IMG/VR virus record: IMGVR_UViG_3300032240_000649
Location: 1-54,651 of that record
Length of the DNA stretch: 54,651 nucleotides
Origin: a virus
Lineage: Duplodnaviria > Caudoviricetes
Direction: 5' to 3' (one strand)
This document shows positions 10,079 to 19,719 of this stretch, piece by piece. The first letter of the stretch is position 1; every line of letters begins with the position of its first letter. Under the pieces are notes generated by a model. The model was not told the DNA's origin. It did no database searches and worked only from the letters and a program-made list of their open reading frames with translations. The position numbers were made by a program, and so were the translations under genes.

Positions 10079-10600
10079 ATGCCAAGCAAGTCACCAGCCC
10101 AACACAAATTGATGGAGGCGGTTGCGCATAATCCTGCGTTCGCCAAGAAGGTTGGCATCCCCTCAAAGGTCGGCAAAGACTTTGCCAAGGCCGACGAGGG
10201 CAAGAAGTTCAAAGGAGGCGGACTCTATGACAACATCAATGCAAAACGCGAAAGAATCGCTGAAGGCTCTGGTGAGCGCATGCGCAAGCCGGGCAGCAAA
10301 GGTGCTCCAACGGCTGAAGCTTTTCGTGAGTCAGCTAAGACAGCCAAAATGAAAGACGGCGGCCCCAGTTTGGCCATCGGTCGTGGTGAAAAATTACCTG
10401 CCGAAAAAGGCGCTGGCCTGACCAAAAAAGGTCGCGAGAAGTACAATAGAGAAACAGGGTCCCACTTAAAGGCACCGCAGCCTGAAGGTGGCTCACGACG
10501 CGATTCGTTTTGCGCTCGCATGGGTCCGGTTGCAGAAAAAAGCGACGAGGGGAGCCGTGCTAGAGCCTCGATGAAGCGTTGGAATTGTCCGGGGTGGTGA
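10079..10600 (+). CDS. Basic three-module protein; C-terminal module resembles DUF6321-type phage proteins
   Basis: Modules separated by FKGGG and MKDGG; C-terminal AGLTKKGREKYN...RRDSFCARM...KRWNC motif. Confidence 0.75.
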   Translation: MPSKSPAQHKLMEAVAHNPAFAKKVGIPSKVGKDFAKADEGKKFKGGGLYDNINAKRERIAEGSGERMRKPGSKGAPTAEAFRESAKTAKMKDGGPSLAIGRGEKLPAEKGAGLTKKGREKYNRETGSHLKAPQPEGGSRRDSFCARMGPVAEKSDEGSRARASMKRWNCPGW

Positions 10601-10601
10601 C

Positions 10602-11663
10602 ATGGCATATTCAGGTTCGGTAGGCACGACCGTAGTAACGGTCCAAACGCTAATAGATCACGGCGCACGGCGCTGTGGGAAGTTGGCCGAGGAGCTGACC
10701 TCCGAGCAAGTCCTGAGCGCCCGCGAGTCGCTGTTCTTCCTGCTCTCAAACCTGATCAACATTGGCATTCAGTATTGGGCCATCGACAAGAAGGTCTATG
10801 GTTTTACGCCTGACCGCGCAACGTATTTCTTGCCCCTTGGTGGCAACGACGTTCTGAACGCGCTGTACCGCTGGATGAACCGCCCAAACGGTGCGTACAC
10901 GTCCTCTGCTGGTGGTACGGTTGGCAATTTGTATGATGGCGATGTCGATACAATCTGCACCCAGAGCACGGCCAACGGCAATTTTTCTGTCAATTACGGT
11001 CCCTCTGACCCCATTTTTATTGGCTCAATTGGCTTTTTGCCTGCTGCCTCTGGCACTTGGTCAATCATCTACGAATACTCGCAAGACAACTCCACATGGC
11101 AGACCCTTGCGGACCTTGGGACCATCACGGTGGTCAACAACGAGTGGGTGTGGACCGATATTGCCAACGGCCAGACCGTGCCGTACTACCGCATTCGCGC
11201 CTACAACGGCACAACACTGAGCTTGCGCGAATGGTACTTGGGCAACAACTCCACTGAAATCACCATGTCGCGCTTGAACCGCGACGATTTCACCAACCTG
11301 CCCAACAAGAATTTCACGGCCAACCAGCCGTTTCAATACTGGTTCAACCGCACGATTCCTCAAAGCGAGATTGTGCTGTGGCCAACGCCTCAAAACGCCT
11401 TCTACCAGATGACCATTTGGTACTCGCGCCAGATCATGGACGTGGGCGATCTGTACGGCGAGCTGGAAGTGCCGCAGCGCTGGTACGAGGCCGTGGTCAT
11501 GATGCTGGCTCACCGCATGAGCTTGGAGCTGCCCGGCGTTGACATGGCCCGCACGCAGTACCTTGAGGGTCAGGCTGAGAAGTACCTTGCTATGGCCGAA
11601 GAGGAAGAGCGCGACAAGTCGCCGATCTACTTCGCACCAAACATCAGCGTCTACACGAGGTGA
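10602..11663 (+). CDS. Head-tail adaptor/tail tubular A-like protein with an inserted discoidin-like domain
   Basis: Helical N- and C-termini and a LWPTPQNAFY motif flank an insert (NLYDGDVDT...YEYSQDNSTW...YYRIRA). Confidence 0.65.
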   Translation: MAYSGSVGTTVVTVQTLIDHGARRCGKLAEELTSEQVLSARESLFFLLSNLINIGIQYWAIDKKVYGFTPDRATYFLPLGGNDVLNALYRWMNRPNGAYTSSAGGTVGNLYDGDVDTICTQSTANGNFSVNYGPSDPIFIGSIGFLPAASGTWSIIYEYSQDNSTWQTLADLGTITVVNNEWVWTDIANGQTVPYYRIRAYNGTTLSLREWYLGNNSTEITMSRLNRDDFTNLPNKNFTANQPFQYWFNRTIPQSEIVLWPTPQNAFYQMTIWYSRQIMDVGDLYGELEVPQRWYEAVVMMLAHRMSLELPGVDMARTQYLEGQAEKYLAMAEEEERDKSPIYFAPNISVYTR

Positions 11664-11666
11664 TCC

Positions 11667-12029
11667 ATGCCTGTATTTTTGGACACCCTTGGATACTCTG
11701 ACATCGCGATAGCGATATGTGACCGCTGCAAAATGAAGCGGCCGCACGCTGTCATGCGCAATGATCCTAATTTCCCGGGACTTCGGGTTTGCAATGAAGG
11801 GTGTGCCGACCAGCTTGATCCGTACCGACTGCCTGCTCGTAAAACCGAAAGGATAACGATTCGGTTTCCACGTCCTGACGCGCCTATTAACGCGGGTGAC
11901 AACTACTTGATCACTGGTGGAGAAACCAACGTGTTCCAGATCTCGACTGAGCAGAACACCCAAATTCCAACATCGACCGGGAACAAGGACACTATTGCAC
12001 CGAACCCACCTGACAATACGAGCACATAA
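11667..12029 (+). CDS. Small Cys-containing (Zn-ribbon-like) tail-module protein
   Basis: AICDRC...GLRVCNEGCAD...RFPRPD. Confidence 0.7.
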   Translation: MPVFLDTLGYSDIAIAICDRCKMKRPHAVMRNDPNFPGLRVCNEGCADQLDPYRLPARKTERITIRFPRPDAPINAGDNYLITGGETNVFQISTEQNTQIPTSTGNKDTIAPNPPDNTST

Positions 12030-14311
12030 TGTCCGCACAAGTAACCATCACCCAACTGCCAGCGGCTGGCCCCATTACAGGGGCTGAGTCTGTTCCTATT
12101 GTTCAAAATGGCGTCACCGTGCAGACGACCACGGGCGCAATTGCTGCTGCCCCGTCGCAGGTTTACACCTATCTGACAGTTTCGCAGACACCGCAACTTC
12201 CAAACAGCCGCTACGTTGGCGTGACCAACGGCTTGGTGATTACCGACGGCGGTGCTCAGGGCCTCTTCAATATCAGCACCACAGGCGCTTTGTTGTCGCT
12301 GGTGAACTCCGGTACTGGGTTTCAGGTAAAAACGTCTTCTACGGCCATTACGGGCCGTTCTATCGCCGTTTCTGGAGTCGGCCTGTCCATTTCCAACGGC
12401 GACGGCATATCTGGCAACCCAACAATCACTTTGGCTGGCCAAGTCCTAAATTTGGCTAACTTGAGCGCCAACGGTTTGATGACGATCACGTCCGCTGGCG
12501 CGTTGTCGGCCACCAGTTTGCTCAATGTTGCGGACCAAACTGCGGTTTACAACGCCAACGGCGTCACCGGCAACCCAACAATTGGTTTGGCCGACAACCC
12601 AATTATTCCCGGTACTGGTGCAATTCAGATCCCTGCTGGCACAACTGGCCAGCGCCCTGCTGGCGTAGCTGGCAAGATCCGTTACAACTCTTCTGACGGA
12701 GCCTACGAGGGCTATTCCGCAGGCTCATGGCGTCAATTCTCGTTGTCTGGTGGTGTGACCTTGGTCGACACCGGTACGGGCCTCACAGGCGGCCCTATCA
12801 CGGGCACGGGCACGATTTCAATAGCCAACACCACGGTGACGGCTGGCTCCTATGGCTCCACAACTCAGGTTGGGTCGTTCACTGTTAACGCTCAGGGCCA
12901 ACTGACTGCCGCGTCCAATGTGACGATCACGCCTTCCGCGATTGGCGCGGTGGCTTCCGTCTCTGGGACCGCAAACGAAATAACCGCAATTGGAACAACC
13001 AACGTCGTCATTTCGCTGCCTGTTGCTTTGACGTTCACCGGCAAGACTGTGACGGGTGGCACGTTCAACATGACGGCGGCTTCTGTCGCCTCTGACACGG
13101 TCACTACGAATACTGCAACGCAGACCCTGACCAATAAGACTTTGACCTCCCCGGTCATTGCAACGATTGTCAATACGGGTACGCTGACGCTGCCAACAAT
13201 CACCGACACCTTGGTGGCTCGCACAACGACCGATACGCTCACAAACAAGTCGATGAGCGGCTCGGCCAACACGTTCACGAACATACCAAACTCGGCCCTG
13301 ACCAACAGCACCATCTCTGGTGTTGCGTTGGGGTCCAACCTGTTTGCCTTGACAATTGGCACGGGCTTGACCGGTACAAGCTACAACGGGTCTGCTGCGG
13401 TTACGATTGCAATTGATTCAACTGTGGTGACGCTGACCGGCACGCAAACGCTGACCAACAAAACCATCAGTGGCGCAAGCAACACGCTGACCAACATTGG
13501 CAACAGCTCGCTGACCAATTCATCGTTGACGATTGGCACGACCAGCATCTCGCTTGGCGGCACATCGCTCACGCTTGGCGGCCTGACATCGGTTGCGGTC
13601 ACTCAAGACCCAACAACAGCCCTCCAGCTCGCCACCAAACAGTATGTGGATAACACCGCTGCCGTTGGTTTGACCTTTCACCAGCCTGTGCAGGTGGCAA
13701 CCACGCAAAGCCTCGCAGCTCAAACTGGCGGACTTGTTGTTTACAACAACGGCGCTTCTGGTGTTGGCGCTACGCTGACGCTGACCGTTGCGCTGACCAC
13801 CTTGGATGGATATACCCTCACCAACGGTGACCGCATTCTAATTAAGAACGAGGTCAACCAAGCCTACAACGGCGTGTATACATGGGCCACTGGTGGCACG
13901 GTGTTGACTCGTTCGACCGACACAAACTCGTATGGACCCGGCTCTACCCAATTGAGCGAAGGCGATTACTTTTTCACCCAAAACGGTACAGTCAACAAAG
14001 GCAACTCTTTTGTTTGTACGACTGTTGGCACGATCACGTTTGGCACAACGGCAATCACTTTTGCCCAATTCAGCTCATCGCAGGTCTATACAGGCACATC
14101 ACCAATTAATATTTCCGGCACGGTCATATCTTTGACCACGGTCCCGGTTAATTTGGGCGGTACGAACTTAACGAGTTACACCACCGGCGACACGCTTTAC
14201 GCAAGTGGGTCAACAACATTGTCTAAACTAGCACTGGGAACGCAAGGTTATGTGCTGACTGCGGGCGCAACTGGCCCGACTTGGTCTGGCATCTCTGGCG
14301 GAACTTTCTGA
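12029..14311 (+). CDS. Tail fibre protein 1
   Basis: T/G/S-rich; ITQLPAA N-terminus, TQTLTNKT repeats, ATKQYVD, GDRILIKNE...NGVY; ends GGTF. Confidence 0.8.
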   Translation: MSAQVTITQLPAAGPITGAESVPIVQNGVTVQTTTGAIAAAPSQVYTYLTVSQTPQLPNSRYVGVTNGLVITDGGAQGLFNISTTGALLSLVNSGTGFQVKTSSTAITGRSIAVSGVGLSISNGDGISGNPTITLAGQVLNLANLSANGLMTITSAGALSATSLLNVADQTAVYNANGVTGNPTIGLADNPIIPGTGAIQIPAGTTGQRPAGVAGKIRYNSSDGAYEGYSAGSWRQFSLSGGVTLVDTGTGLTGGPITGTGTISIANTTVTAGSYGSTTQVGSFTVNAQGQLTAASNVTITPSAIGAVASVSGTANEITAIGTTNVVISLPVALTFTGKTVTGGTFNMTAASVASDTVTTNTATQTLTNKTLTSPVIATIVNTGTLTLPTITDTLVARTTTDTLTNKSMSGSANTFTNIPNSALTNSTISGVALGSNLFALTIGTGLTGTSYNGSAAVTIAIDSTVVTLTGTQTLTNKTISGASNTLTNIGNSSLTNSSLTIGTTSISLGGTSLTLGGLTSVAVTQDPTTALQLATKQYVDNTAAVGLTFHQPVQVATTQSLAAQTGGLVVYNNGASGVGATLTLTVALTTLDGYTLTNGDRILIKNEVNQAYNGVYTWATGGTVLTRSTDTNSYGPGSTQLSEGDYFFTQNGTVNKGNSFVCTTVGTITFGTTAITFAQFSSSQVYTGTSPINISGTVISLTTVPVNLGGTNLTSYTTGDTLYASGSTTLSKLALGTQGYVLTAGATGPTWSGISGGTF

Positions 14312-14320
14312 GGAAAAAAT

Positions 14321-17300
14321 ATGGCTGCAACGAACTACACACCGATCCAACTCTACTATTCGACGACTGCCTCGGCAGCGCCGACGTCTGGCAATTTAGC
14401 CAGCGGTGAGCTGGCAATCAACATCACTGACGGCAAGCTGTATTACAAAGATAACGGCGGCGTTGTTCAAGTGATCGCCACCAAGGGTGCCGGTACTATC
14501 GGCGGCTCGACCACGCAGATCCAGTACAACAATGCAGGCGCATTGGCTGGTAACGCAGCGATGACGTTTAACAGCGGAACCAACACCACCACGCTGACCA
14601 CGTTGAACCTCACCAATGCCCTTGGTGCGACCTATGGCGGCACTGCGCAGTCTGCCTATACCCAAGGTGACATTCTGTACGCCTCGGCCACCAACACGCT
14701 TTCCAAGCTTGCTGTGGGCACTGTCAACTACATCTTGACATCGACCGGCTCGGTTCCTCAGTGGGTTGCGCCTACCAGCGTGACGGTCAACACGGCAACC
14801 AACCTTGCTGGTGGCGCTGCTGGATCGGTTCCTTACCAGTCTGGCGCGGCCACAACCACGTTCTTGGCTATTGGGGCTGCGAACACGGTTATGACGTCTT
14901 CTGGTACTGCGCCGCAGTGGGGAACGACTCTAACGGGCCTTACAGGGCTTTCTACGTCCTCGTTCACCAACACCAGCCTGACTGCCACCCGCGTCCGCTA
15001 CAGCACTACTGGTGGCCTTGAAACCGACTCCGCGAACTTGACCTTTGACGGCACGACTTTGTCTGCTGCTGGCCTGTCTACGACCGGCTTTACCACGATG
15101 GTCAAAACCATCACTGCCGGTAATAGCAACTTCAACGGCACGGCCGTATTTGCACCTGCGACTCCTGCCAAGCTGTTTATCGGCACTGGCACTGTGACTG
15201 ACGTTACTTCTGCTGCAAGCGCCACCAACACCGCCGGTGCGATTGTTGCAATGGGTATTACGCCGATTGCCGCCACCAATGCTTCAGTGACTTACACCAA
15301 CGCATCGACCCTGTACATTGCAGGCGCTCCAAGTGCTGGCACAAACGTCACGATCACCAATCCATACTCACTGTATGTGGCTGCTGGCGCTGCCTACTTT
15401 GGCGGCGCTGTAACCGTTGCTGGAACAATTTCGTTGGCTGGTGTCACCGTCACTTCGTTGACCGATTCTGGCCTAACCTCTGGCCGTGTGACTTACGCTA
15501 CGACTGGCGGCTTGTTGACTGACTCTGCCAATTTGCTGTACAGCGGCACTGACCTGACTGTTTACGGCATCACAGTAGGCCGTGGTGCAGGTGCTGTGTC
15601 TACCAATACTGCGGTGGGTACTAGTGCTTTGGCGGCTAATACGACTGGCAGTTATTCTGCCGCGTTTGGCGATAGGGCGCTCACTCAAAACACTACTGGA
15701 GCAACCAATGCCGCTGTTGGCTCTCTTGCGCTTTATAGCAACACTACTGGCTCAAACAACGCCTCCTTGGGTTATGCGGCTTTGTATGGCAACACAACAG
15801 GAAGCGCAAATACCGCAGTAGGCCGAGAAGCCCTCCAAGCCAACACCACAGGCGCACAAAGCACCGCCATAGGCTACAAGGCTTTGTATTCCAACACCTC
15901 AGATTCAAACACGGCCGTTGGTTGTAACGCTCTTACTGCAAATACCTCAGGGTATAAAAATGCCGCTTTTGGCGGGAATGCTTTAACTGCTAACACCACA
16001 GGCAAGGGCAATACCGCAATTGGTATTGAAACCATGTCTTTCAACACCACTGGCGTGGGCAACGTGGCGCTTGGCGGTGTGGTTGATGTTGTTACAAACG
16101 CCGCTTTGTATGCCAACACAACTGGCACATACAACTTTGCTGGTGGCTCTGGTGCGCTTACCGCAAACACAACGGGCTCTTACAACGTTGCAGTTGGTCA
16201 TGCGGCTTTAAATTCAAACACCACAGCATCATTTAACACTACGGTTGGTGTTCAATCGCTTTACTCTACAACCACTGGCGCTCAAAACACAATTGTTGGT
16301 TATCAAGCGGGTTACTACATTACTGGCAATTACAACGTCGGCATGGGTATGGGTGCTATGTCTGGCATTGACCGAGGCGGTATAAGCACTGGCGCGAATA
16401 GCACGGGTATTGGCTATTACGCTCTTGCTAAAAACGGGGCAGATTCAAACACAGCCGTTGGTTATTTGGCTTCTTACAGCAACACCACTGGTACTGTAAA
16501 CGTCTCTGTTGGTAATAATGCTTTGTATACCAACACAACAGGCTCTCAAAACACTGCTGTTGGTTATCTTGCTCTTACCGCCAACACTACGGCCTCATAC
16601 AACACTGCGGTTGGTCATCGTGCCGCAAACGCTACTACTACTGGAACCGAACTTTCGGCATTTGGTGTTGGCGCTTTGTTTGCCAACACAACTGGTTCCT
16701 ACAACACTGCGCTTGGCGTAAATGCTCTTGCAAACAACACCACAAGTTCATACAACGTTGCGGTAGGCCATTCCGCGCTCAACTCAACCACCGCAGGTCA
16801 AAATACTGCAATTGGTTATCAGGCGGGTGTTATCAACACAACAGGTAACTCTCTTGTTTTTATTGGCTATGGCGCGGGGTATAGCAATACCACAGGTAGC
16901 GACAACATTGCAATTGGCGTGAATGCTAGTTACTACAACACAACCTCCACGAACAACACAGCCGTTGGTCGTGCCGCTTTGTTTTACAACACAGGGGGGA
17001 ACAACACTGCGATGGGTGGAAGTGCCGCCTTCAGCACTACTACTGGAACAAATAACGTTGCGATGGGCGCTAGTGCGCTTTACAACAATACGACTGGCTC
17101 ATCAAACGTGGCAGTTGGTTATTCAGCCCTTGGCGCTAACACCACAGCCAACGGAAGTACTGCTGTTGGCTATCAGGCCGCATACAGCAACACAGCGCAG
17201 GCTGTAACTGCGTTTGGTTATCAAGCGGGTTATACGCAATCTGGAGCAAACCCCGGAGACAATACTTATATTGGCTCCCAGTCAGGTTATGCCGTGACCA

Positions 17301-18292
17301 CTGGTGGCGCAAATACTGCGGTGGGTTCAAATTCGGCTCGCTACATGACAACTGGCACATACAACACTGCAATCGGTGCTTATGCGTTAAATAGTCAAAC
17401 AACCGTTTCTTACACCACGGCGATTGGTTACAAGGCTGGTCAAGGTGGTGCAAGTGCAAACGATAGCGTGTTCGTCGGTTATCAAGCCGCATACAACTGG
17501 ACTGGTTCAAATAACGTCGTTATTGGCTCCAACGCAGGCGGCACAAACGCAACCGCATCTACAAACTCCACAATCATTGGTTATAGTGCTGGCAACTCAC
17601 TTAATAATGGTTCAGACCAACGTAATACTTTTGTTGGCTCTCAGGCTGGCGCTTCTGTAACCACTGGTTCTGGCAATACATTTATTGGTGGCACCTCCAC
17701 TGGTTCTGGTAACGGCGCTGGTCGTCTAGTTACCACTGGCTCCAAGAACACCATTCTTGGAACCTACGATGGCAACCAATACGGTATTGACATTCGCACA
17801 TCAAGCAACAACATTGTGTTGTCTGATGGAGACGGTATTCCTGCTGTTTTTTATTCTAGTGCGCAGGGTCTTCAGGTTGGTCAAGGTACTTCTGGCACTA
17901 GCATTGGCAACTATGCTCCGGGCGAAAAAGGGTTTGCAAATGCTTTGACAAACCTATCCACATCGTATGTAAGTTTTACAGCGTTTGCTGGCAATGGTTG
18001 CGAAATTCATATTGGCATCCAAACTATTGAAACCCATCAAGGCACATTGGTTATCTACGGTGGTCGTGAAACCGGCATTTCGCACCGCTGGACTGCTGTT
18101 GCTGGAGGCAACGTAAATAGTTTGTCAGAACCATCCGAAGGCAACTTTACATTCACAATTGGCGGCAGTTCTACTGTTTACACGATTGACATGGGAACAG
18201 CTTCCCCTAATCCCAGAATCAAAGCGGATGCGACAAAAACTGGAACAACCTATGTTTCCACTTGGTCAATCAACTACAACTTGGCGGGTTAA
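14321..18292 (+). CDS. Tail fibre/adhesin 2: Mtd-N-like anchor plus YadA-head-like beta-roll repeats
   Basis: N-terminal PTSGNLASGELAINITDGKLYY; dozens of ~14-aa NTAVGxxALxxNTT repeats. Confidence 0.85.
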   Translation: MAATNYTPIQLYYSTTASAAPTSGNLASGELAINITDGKLYYKDNGGVVQVIATKGAGTIGGSTTQIQYNNAGALAGNAAMTFNSGTNTTTLTTLNLTNALGATYGGTAQSAYTQGDILYASATNTLSKLAVGTVNYILTSTGSVPQWVAPTSVTVNTATNLAGGAAGSVPYQSGAATTTFLAIGAANTVMTSSGTAPQWGTTLTGLTGLSTSSFTNTSLTATRVRYSTTGGLETDSANLTFDGTTLSAAGLSTTGFTTMVKTITAGNSNFNGTAVFAPATPAKLFIGTGTVTDVTSAASATNTAGAIVAMGITPIAATNASVTYTNASTLYIAGAPSAGTNVTITNPYSLYVAAGAAYFGGAVTVAGTISLAGVTVTSLTDSGLTSGRVTYATTGGLLTDSANLLYSGTDLTVYGITVGRGAGAVSTNTAVGTSALAANTTGSYSAAFGDRALTQNTTGATNAAVGSLALYSNTTGSNNASLGYAALYGNTTGSANTAVGREALQANTTGAQSTAIGYKALYSNTSDSNTAVGCNALTANTSGYKNAAFGGNALTANTTGKGNTAIGIETMSFNTTGVGNVALGGVVDVVTNAALYANTTGTYNFAGGSGALTANTTGSYNVAVGHAALNSNTTASFNTTVGVQSLYSTTTGAQNTIVGYQAGYYITGNYNVGMGMGAMSGIDRGGISTGANSTGIGYYALAKNGADSNTAVGYLASYSNTTGTVNVSVGNNALYTNTTGSQNTAVGYLALTANTTASYNTAVGHRAANATTTGTELSAFGVGALFANTTGSYNTALGVNALANNTTSSYNVAVGHSALNSTTAGQNTAIGYQAGVINTTGNSLVFIGYGAGYSNTTGSDNIAIGVNASYYNTTSTNNTAVGRAALFYNTGGNNTAMGGSAAFSTTTGTNNVAMGASALYNNTTGSSNVAVGYSALGANTTANGSTAVGYQAAYSNTAQAVTAFGYQAGYTQSGANPGDNTYIGSQSGYAVTTGGANTAVGSNSARYMTTGTYNTAIGAYALNSQTTVSYTTAIGYKAGQGGASANDSVFVGYQAAYNWTGSNNVVIGSNAGGTNATASTNSTIIGYSAGNSLNNGSDQRNTFVGSQAGASVTTGSGNTFIGGTSTGSGNGAGRLVTTGSKNTILGTYDGNQYGIDIRTSSNNIVLSDGDGIPAVFYSSAQGLQVGQGTSGTSIGNYAPGEKGFANALTNLSTSYVSFTAFAGNGCEIHIGIQTIETHQGTLVIYGGRETGISHRWTAVAGGNVNSLSEPSEGNFTFTIGGSSTVYTIDMGTASPNPRIKADATKTGTTYVSTWSINYNLAG
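15600..17760 (+). repeat. Degenerate 42-bp coding tandem repeats (14-aa NTAVG units)
   Basis: Visible periodicity in the translation of 14321..18292. Confidence 0.85.
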
Positions 18293-18295
18293 AAC

Positions 18296-18613
18296 ATGAC
18301 TACATACAACTGGCAAATTGTTTCAATGCCCTCCTATTCTCAGATTGATGGGCAATCCGATGTGGTGTTTCAGGTGAATTGGTCTTGTTTTGCAGTCGAT
18401 GGAAATTATTCGGCTCAAACAACTGGTTCAGTTCCAGTGACTTATACCGCTGGAACACCTTTTACGCCATACAACCAACTCACACAAGACCAAGTGTGGG
18501 GATGGATTAACCCAAGCATCGACAGGCCAGATGTTGAGGCCAATCTTCAGGCTTTGATTGATGCCCAAAAGAACCCACAAACCGTAACCCCACCCTTACC
18601 TTGGAGCAACTAA
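18296..18613 (+). CDS. Fibre-associated protein (assembly chaperone-like)
   Basis: Directly follows the fibre; FTPYNQLTQDQVWGW...PPLPW. Confidence 0.7.
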   Translation: MTTYNWQIVSMPSYSQIDGQSDVVFQVNWSCFAVDGNYSAQTTGSVPVTYTAGTPFTPYNQLTQDQVWGWINPSIDRPDVEANLQALIDAQKNPQTVTPPLPWSN

Positions 18614-18614
18614 A

Positions 18615-18839
18615 ATGACTGAAATCGTTCAAGAAAAACCCACCGCTGAAGAGATTGCCAAGCACTACAGCGCCGCAATAGACTCAGTGAACCTCATCAA
18701 CGGCGGCAAGCCTGAAGGCATGGAAGACGCCGACTGGGCTGATACCGTGTCACGCAACAAAGAGCACCTCAAAATCATGCTGGCCAAAGACTTTTGGACT
18801 ACCGAAGACCTTGGTCCTTTGCAGGCCGCTGCGGCATAA
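18615..18839 (+). CDS. Small fibre-associated hypothetical protein
   Basis: 74 aa, in operon. Confidence 0.75.
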   Translation: MTEIVQEKPTAEEIAKHYSAAIDSVNLINGGKPEGMEDADWADTVSRNKEHLKIMLAKDFWTTEDLGPLQAAAA

Positions 18840-18879
18840 TTGCACATGGGCAAACCGCTGGCCCTAACAGCGGCAATTA
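18837..18879 (+). ncRNA. Candidate cis-acting RNA: H-type pseudoknot with an alternative outer stem
   Basis: GGGC(18848-51)/GCCC(18861-64) and CCGCTG(18855-60)/CAGCGG(18868-73); TAATTGC(18837-43)/GCAATTA(18873-79). Confidence 0.5.
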
Positions 18880-18893
18880 CACGGAGAGTGAAA

Positions 18894-19058
18894 ATGGAAA
18901 AAGTGACTTTGTCAACGCAACTGGTGAACGCAGTTCTTCAATATTTGGGCAGCCGTCCTTTTGTTGAAGTGCAGCAATTGATTGGTGGTATCCAGCAAGA
19001 AGCCCAAGGCCAGTTCCCTGCGCCTGAGGCACCTGCTGAGGCACCCAAAGCGGAGTAA
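18894..19058 (+). CDS. Small hypothetical protein (MEKVTLSTQL...)
   Basis: GGAGAG RBS before ATG 18894. Confidence 0.75.
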   Translation: MEKVTLSTQLVNAVLQYLGSRPFVEVQQLIGGIQQEAQGQFPAPEAPAEAPKAE

Positions 19059-19064
19059 ACCGTT

Positions 19065-19238
19065 ATGGCCACGAAGTGGATTCAAAAAGCGATCACGCAC
19101 CCCGGCGCACTGAAGAAGTCGTTGCACGTCCCTATGGACAAGACGATTCCTGCAAAGAAGCTGGAAAAGGCCGCCAAGGCCCCCGGCAAGCTTGGTCAAC
19201 GTGCTCGTTTGGCGAAAACACTTCGTGGGTTTGACTGA
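19065..19238 (+). CDS. Small basic protein, 57 aa (MATKWIQKAITHPGALKKSL...RARLAKTLRGFD), not in the ORF track
   Basis: Translated by hand; GGAG upstream; stop overlaps the next ATG (TGATG). Confidence 0.8.
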   Translation: MATKWIQKAITHPGALKKSLHVPMDKTIPAKKLEKAAKAPGKLGQRARLAKTLRGFD

Positions 19239-19453
19239 TGGCCGACGTTCATGAACTTGCCTCGGAAACCGACAAGCGCCTGAGCGTCCACGAGGCCATC
19301 TGCGCCCAGCGCTATGAGAATATTCAGGGCCGTTTTGACGACGGCTCCAAGCGCATGACCAAGATTGAGCGCCTGCTGTATGTGGTCATTTTGGCCGTAC
19401 TGCTTGGCCCCGGCGTCGCTGCTGACTTTGTCCGAAAGATCATCGGTATATGA
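19238..19453 (+). CDS. Small coiled-coil membrane protein (XhlA/holin-like)
   Basis: N-terminal coiled coil and one C-terminal hydrophobic helix; in the lysis cluster. Confidence 0.6.
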   Translation: MADVHELASETDKRLSVHEAICAQRYENIQGRFDDGSKRMTKIERLLYVVILAVLLGPGVAADFVRKIIGI

Positions 19454-19719
19454 ATTGGTCAGACGTTCTCAAAGCAGTCATCCCCATCGTGGTGATGTCC
19501 TTGGCTTGGCTGCTTGGTCAAGTCAACAACTTTTCTGAGCGACTGACAAGAATTGAAGGGCAAATGCCCGCTCTGATCACCAAAGAAGGCGTCCCAACGG
19601 ACAGCCCAATCAGCGCTGAGAGACGTGCCGTTTTGAAAGAGCAGCTCATGCTCCACATTAACGACTTGCAGGTCAAAGTCAGGCTCCTTGAAGAGCGCGA
19701 AAAATTGGGGAAAAAATGA
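19450..19719 (+). CDS. Small membrane-anchored coiled-coil protein (lysis cluster)
   Basis: N-terminal TM helix followed by coiled coil. Confidence 0.6.
   Translation: MNWSDVLKAVIPIVVMSLAWLLGQVNNFSERLTRIEGQMPALITKEGVPTDSPISAERRAVLKEQLMLHINDLQVKVRLLEEREKLGKK

Noticed and set aside
14321-18292. Diversity-generating retroelement suggested by the Mtd-N-like start
   Set aside because: No reverse transcriptase and no template/variable repeat pair seen.
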